A DNA stretch of 64,000 bases from the human T2T-CHM13v2.0 reference genome, Homo sapiens. The DNA lies in assembly GCF_009914755.1 (NCBI RefSeq), contig NC_060944.1; one strand, 5' to 3'. The notes under the pieces are model-generated. The model was not told the origin of the DNA, did no database searches, and was given only the letters and a program-made list of their open reading frames with translations. Of the stretch, positions 57,511-64,000 are shown one piece after another (the first letter of the stretch is position 1; every line of letters begins with the position of its first letter). The translations under genes were made by a program, and so were the position numbers.

Positions 57511-58171
57511 CTACTTTCTATCAAAAGCCCATGGTTTCTCTTCCTACTATTTTTCACTCGCATGGGGCCTCACACCCTTTTTGCAAAGTCTTCTTCGTGT
57601 TCTCCCTTCAACTCCAAAGTACCAAAGTACAATTAATTCTCAAATAATGAATATTCACATGATAGTTCCTCCCTCACCTCTCAGAATGGGGCTATAGAAA
57701 AATTTACACTCATTTTATTTCAATTAAGCAATATTTCTTCCCAAATAATAAAGAAGAAACAAAACATTGACTCGGAGTTTATGCCTCTTAGCTCCTACAT
57801 CTGCCCGCTACACTAGGATCTGCTCCTGGAGGACTTGACAAAGACCCCAGCACTTTATGTTCAAGCTTTTACATGCGCACGAGAACTTCTGTTTGAGAGA
57901 TATGTATTGTGCAATTCCTCATAAAGAATGACTATAGTTTTTATGGTTATATAAGGTTATAAAAGGTAATTAATTTAGGAACGATTCCGAAAGAAGAGCG
58001 TGAATAAGAGAACAATAGCTAAAACATCTATTTTCTTTGCTGCCTTGTAGAGTTGAAAAGAACATACTTAAGGAATGAGCTTTACAAAGAGGTTAAACAA
58101 TACAGTACCTGACTAAGAATGTTGTTATGGTAATATCTTTTCCTTAAAGGTATTTTTTCTTTATCCCTGGT

Positions 58172-58173
58172 GT

Positions 58174-58208
<35 letters not shown>

Positions 58209-58224
58209 CAGAAAGAGAGAGAGA
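58172..58224. repeat. (TG)n(AG)n microsatellite
   Basis: Seen directly. Confidence 0.9.
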
Positions 58225-58394
58225 ATATCAGGGGACATGTGTATCCCTAGGAGTCCCTGGAAGGTATTTGTTACATGCTTAAAGACCAGCTATTGGCAGC
58301 CATTTTTGTAGCCCCCCAGTCTTGTCCCAGCTGTGAACATCCACTGCCTGGGAGGCCACCTGAAATCTCCTCATCTTTTCCATTGCTGGGGATA

Positions 58395-58800
58395 TCTGTA
58401 TTCATCAAAGATTTTTTGTTGGAAGTGACAGAAACCGAACTGTAACTACTTTGAGCAAGAAAGGGTAATTCATTGTTTCACATACACAAACCATGGACAG
58501 CACCCGGTGGAGCCAATACCCCAGATGACTGGATTCAGACACCCAAAGGCCACCAGGCTGTTCTCTCTTTTCTCTGCTGCTCTTTGCCTGTTGGAGCCAT
58601 TCTTACCAGTCACAGGCAGACTTCTCCACGGGGAGGGGAAGATGGACTCTGGCCACTCCAGAATCACAGCCTTCCAGCTTTAGCAACTCTTGGAGTTCAG
58701 AGAACATCTCTCCATTAGTTTTGGTGTAAAAAGTTCCAGGAGATATCTCTAATTGGCCTAGCTTGAATGACACGCTCATGGCACGGACCAATCACTATGG
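58395..58800 (-). mobile_element. MLT1K-like LTR
   Basis: gttggaagtgacagaaaccgaac...ctaattggcctagcttg...accaatcact. Confidence 0.6.
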
Positions 58801-59047
58801 TTCCATTTCCACAACAAAGGTGGGACGCACCGACATGGCCACCAGGGACATCATTGGGAACTATGAAACCACTTTAATTTGTATGAGCTATGGAGATTCT
58901 TATGAGAACTATCAAGTTGGTAGCAAGCCCTCTCTCTTCATCTGTGCCTTAGGAGGCCCATCAATGGGAGGAAGGGGATCTGGAAGTTCCTCCCATACAG
59001 CAGGGTTTGGTCCCTGTGGGTCAGTAAGTGGGGCTTATAAAATTAAA

Positions 59048-59347
<300 letters not shown>

Positions 59348-59364
59348 TTAAATGGGTGATGTTT

Positions 59365-59790
59365 TAGGGTTCTCTCAGTTGCACACCTTGGGACAAGAAT
59401 GCAAGGCCAGGTAGTTTATTTGGGGGATGATCCCAGGGAACACCGTTAACAGATTAGGGAGTGACACGGGGAGGAAAAGGCTGCCAAGAAATCAGGTGTG
59501 ATGAAGAAATTCCCCTCTGTGGACAACTGGAGCTCAATCCCACTGGGGACCTCCCGGACACAAGAACACTCAGGTTTATCCAGTACAAGGGGAGAGGATA
59601 CTAACATCATCATCAATTCCCTGTCATTGGCTGAACAACATTTCTGTGAGTACAACATCTCCAGTACTTCTGTCTTGTCCAGTGAGTGGGCCAAGTGTGC
59701 CCTGGCATCAGGAGAAAGCTCTCAGCAGGGTCATAGCTGCAGTCATCACCTTAGGGACTCTGAGTGTTGAGGAGGCACAGGCAGGACCCC
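59365..59790 (-). mobile_element. LTR16-type ERVL LTR
   Basis: gtagtttatttgggggatgatcccagg...caactggagctcaatcccactgggg. Confidence 0.75.
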
Positions 59791-60127
59791 AGCAGATGAC
59801 CCCGGATGGATTTTCAGTCCACGAAACCATGATATGCTGGGGTTTCTCCATCCCGCTGCTGAGTCAATGGGAAGGGCCTCTCAGGTCATATTCCCATAGG
59901 ATGGCTCAAGGATCCATGTGTGGTCTGGCTGACACCCAGGCCTTCTTGAGGGAGGAAGAGGTGGGAGGAAACGAAGATGAACCTTTTACTCAAATAGTAT
60001 GAAATACTCCTTCATGAGCCTTTTAAACTGGAAGAGACTCGGCTACAGTTAGTAATCAGATTTATGTTTTTCTCTCTAAGAAAATGAAGGAAGCACAAGA
60101 AAAAATTGACCACTTATAGAAAATAAA

Positions 60128-60300
60128 GGCTACTCAGGAGACTGAGGTGGGAGGATCACTTAGGCCCAGAGGGTTGAGGCTGCAGTGAGCTATGATTGTG
60201 CCACTGCACTCCAGCCTGGAAGACAGAGAAAGACTCTGTCCAAAAAAAAAAAAAAAAAAAAAGAAAGAAAGAAAGAAAGAAAAAAGGAGAAAGAAAATAA
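60128..60300 (+). mobile_element. 5'-truncated Alu
   Basis: Right-arm sequence plus A-tail. Confidence 0.9.
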
Positions 60301-61924
60301 GAACTATGCATTTTTTGCACCTTCCATAATCTCCATGATTATATTTGGGGGGCCCTTTATCTGCTTTGATCATTGCCATATTCATTGCATGTAGCACAGT
60401 ACTAGGCACATAAAAGATGCAGACTAATGATTTATTGAATGAATGTATGCTTCCATATTTCCCTACGAGTGGCCATTTCCCTCCCGAGATCCAAGCCGTT
60501 GAATTTCAATTAGTGTATTGCAGCTTCTCCCAGAGCTGGGGGAGTGTTGGTATTTTTTCTCAGACAATTAAGTGCTTTAGTGGAGAGTCAGGGGGTGAAG
60601 GGTTGTGCTCTGTGCCCCACACGAGCTGCGCTGGCCTCACAGAAAATGGTGAGACTGTCAGAGCACTGGCTGGTGACGGAAGGGCTGTATGTGCCCCTTC
60701 AATTTAATGGCCTTTTAATTAGTATCAATAATAGCTGGGCCGTCCCTCGCTGCACTGCATGTCTGTCTCCAAGGCTCATTATGACCAGGGATGAACAGCA
60801 CTCCTCCAATCCCTTATGTCCTCATAGTCATGAGACCCTTTGCTATTACATAATGTTGCAATCCACCATCACACCTGGCCCACAGTAGTTGCTTAATGGG
60901 TGTTACTTCTTTTCCACTTTTGGCCCTCCTTTGAAGCCCCAGCAACTTTAGGCATTCGAAACTGGGCCTCTGCACCCCATTCCTTGTAGCCAGAGGGGTG
61001 GTAGGGCTGGAGATGAGAGTCCTCAGAGAGAAAGATGGTAGCCACACCCAAGGCCTCTCTGGTGTTCAGGCTCTGTGAGTTGGGATGGGGAGATAGATGG
61101 AACCGCTCTGTGTGCGTAGGGCAGGGCTGGGACCGGTAGGCATCCTTCTTTGATGTCGGCATAAACTCTAGCAGGAAATTTTGAAATAATCTGATCCAGG
61201 GTTTCAAACCAGCAGCCTGTAGGTTTGAATGGCTGTTTATTTTTTAAAAATTCAAATAAATTCATAACATTTCTTTTTCTTTTCCCTGCTTTTCCTGAGC
61301 TGTATATAACATTTTAATGTTGGGAAATTTAACATCATAACCTACATTTCCTGTCTCTCCAAGGAAAAGAAACAAATCAGGTGATCTAGCTACAATGGGC
61401 CCCGATTCCATATGGTAACAGTTGGTTGAAGCTGGGTAGTGACCGCCCCCGCTTAGAAGGGCATGGGCTCAGCCACCGTAGTCCTCACCTGACCTGCTTC
61501 CCTTGTCTGTGTTATCTACCTGGCCTCTGCGAGCATTTCAGTTTGCTTCCCCCCTCACTGAACAGCTGGAAAGATGGGCTCAGGGAGGGAAGTGGTTTGA
61601 GTTGTCTAAGCACATACAGACAAATAATGGCCAACTTAAAGCCAGGCTATTGTCAATCCCAGTCCAGTGCTCCTATACCTCACCACTCTCTGCTGCTCTT
61701 TATAAGTTTCTTCAACTAGACAGGAGCTACTGCAGTGGGAGGTGCGGTGAAAGGAGCTCACTCAGAAGTGTATGAATGTGACAGCTCTGTCTCTGCTTGA
61801 CTGGGCTGTTGCTTCCCATCTTTGGGCTTCAGCTTCCCCATCTGTAAAATGGGGCTAATAACAATCCTAATCTCTTAGATGTGGGAGAGCTCTCAGAACT
61901 CTGTGGAGCTAGGAAATGTTATTG

Positions 61925-63203
<1,279 letters not shown>

Positions 63204-63544
63204 AATTATTTTCATGGGGTCTAACTAACGGCTAGAGTAGGGAGAGTGGGCCTTCACCTGCAAGGTGAAACTGGATAGTCCCCAGGTCTCCCTACTCAGA
63301 ATGTTCTCTCCTGATGAACCAGCCCAGATTTGATGTTTACCTTTACTTTGCAGCTTTGGCCCAGCATGACCAGGCTTTCAGAGTTCACATTAGATCACAG
63401 CCCACAGTGCCAATCCAAATGACTGGTATGACTGACCATGGAGAAGGACTCCATGGTGGACAGGGGGACAGAATGTCCTGATTGGCCAGGCCTGGGTCAG
63501 GTGCCATCACCAGGGCCAGGGGGAATGAAGTCAGCCCCTTCTGA

Positions 63545-63790
63545 ACTAATAGTAATAATATTAATACTAGATGACATTTGGGGGGTGTTTACTATGTGCC
63601 AGTCACTCTTTTAAACATTTTATCTGAATTAACTCATATAACCCAAAAACTCCATGAGGTAGATACTATTCTCCACATTTCTTATATGAGGCACAGAGAG
63701 GTTAGGAATTTTTCCAGGTTCACATAGCTGGTCAATGGCAGAGCCAATATTCAAACCTAGGCAGTCAGACTTTAGTTTCCATACTCTTTA
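63545..63790 (-). mobile_element. MIR
   Basis: gtttactatgtgccag...gaggcacagagaggttagg. Confidence 0.8.
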
Positions 63791-63839
63791 TGGCCTGGAC
63801 CAAGAATAGGAGTAGAGGCTCACAGAAAAATCAGATGCT

Positions 63840-64000
63840 GGCCAGGCACAATGGCTCATGCCTGTAATCCAAGCACTTACAGGGAGTCTGGGACGGGCAG
63901 ATTGCTCGAGCTTAGGAGTTAGGGACCAGCCTGAGGAACATGGCAAAACCCTGTCTCTACAAAAAAATACAAAAATTAGCTGGGCATGGTGGCACGACCT
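63840..64000 (+). mobile_element. Alu (cut by the window end)
   Basis: Alu left arm and linker. Confidence 0.92.

Overview
Primate (almost certainly human) intergenic DNA, about 60 Alu copies or fragments by my count. It also holds many MaLR/ERVL/ERV1 solo LTRs (MLT1, MST, MLT2A, LTR16, LTR33, MER66-type, LTR12), MIR/L2/L1 relics and DNA-transposon relics (MER8, MER30, MER33, MER3, Tigger3). I see no intact protein-coding gene, RNA gene or CRISPR array; nearly all ORFs in the track are Alu-derived or chance. The one gene-derived feature is a full-length processed pseudogene of PIGP (41346-42515, +) with target-site duplication (TSD), poly(A) tail and disabling mutations; its 3' UTR carries an internally deleted solo LTR12. 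The most unusual observations are a MIR-containing polyadenylated insert with a 16-bp TSD inside an MLT1 LTR (55226-55472), a 225-codon antisense ORF built from nested LTRs (62027-62704), an AT-rich fold-back quasi-palindrome (53433-53570) and abutting inverted Alus (44368-44981). I found no evidence for a new multi-gene biological system. Repeat family names come from recognition of consensus sequences from memory, boundaries are approximate unless a TSD is quoted, and all need RepeatMasker/Dfam confirmation.
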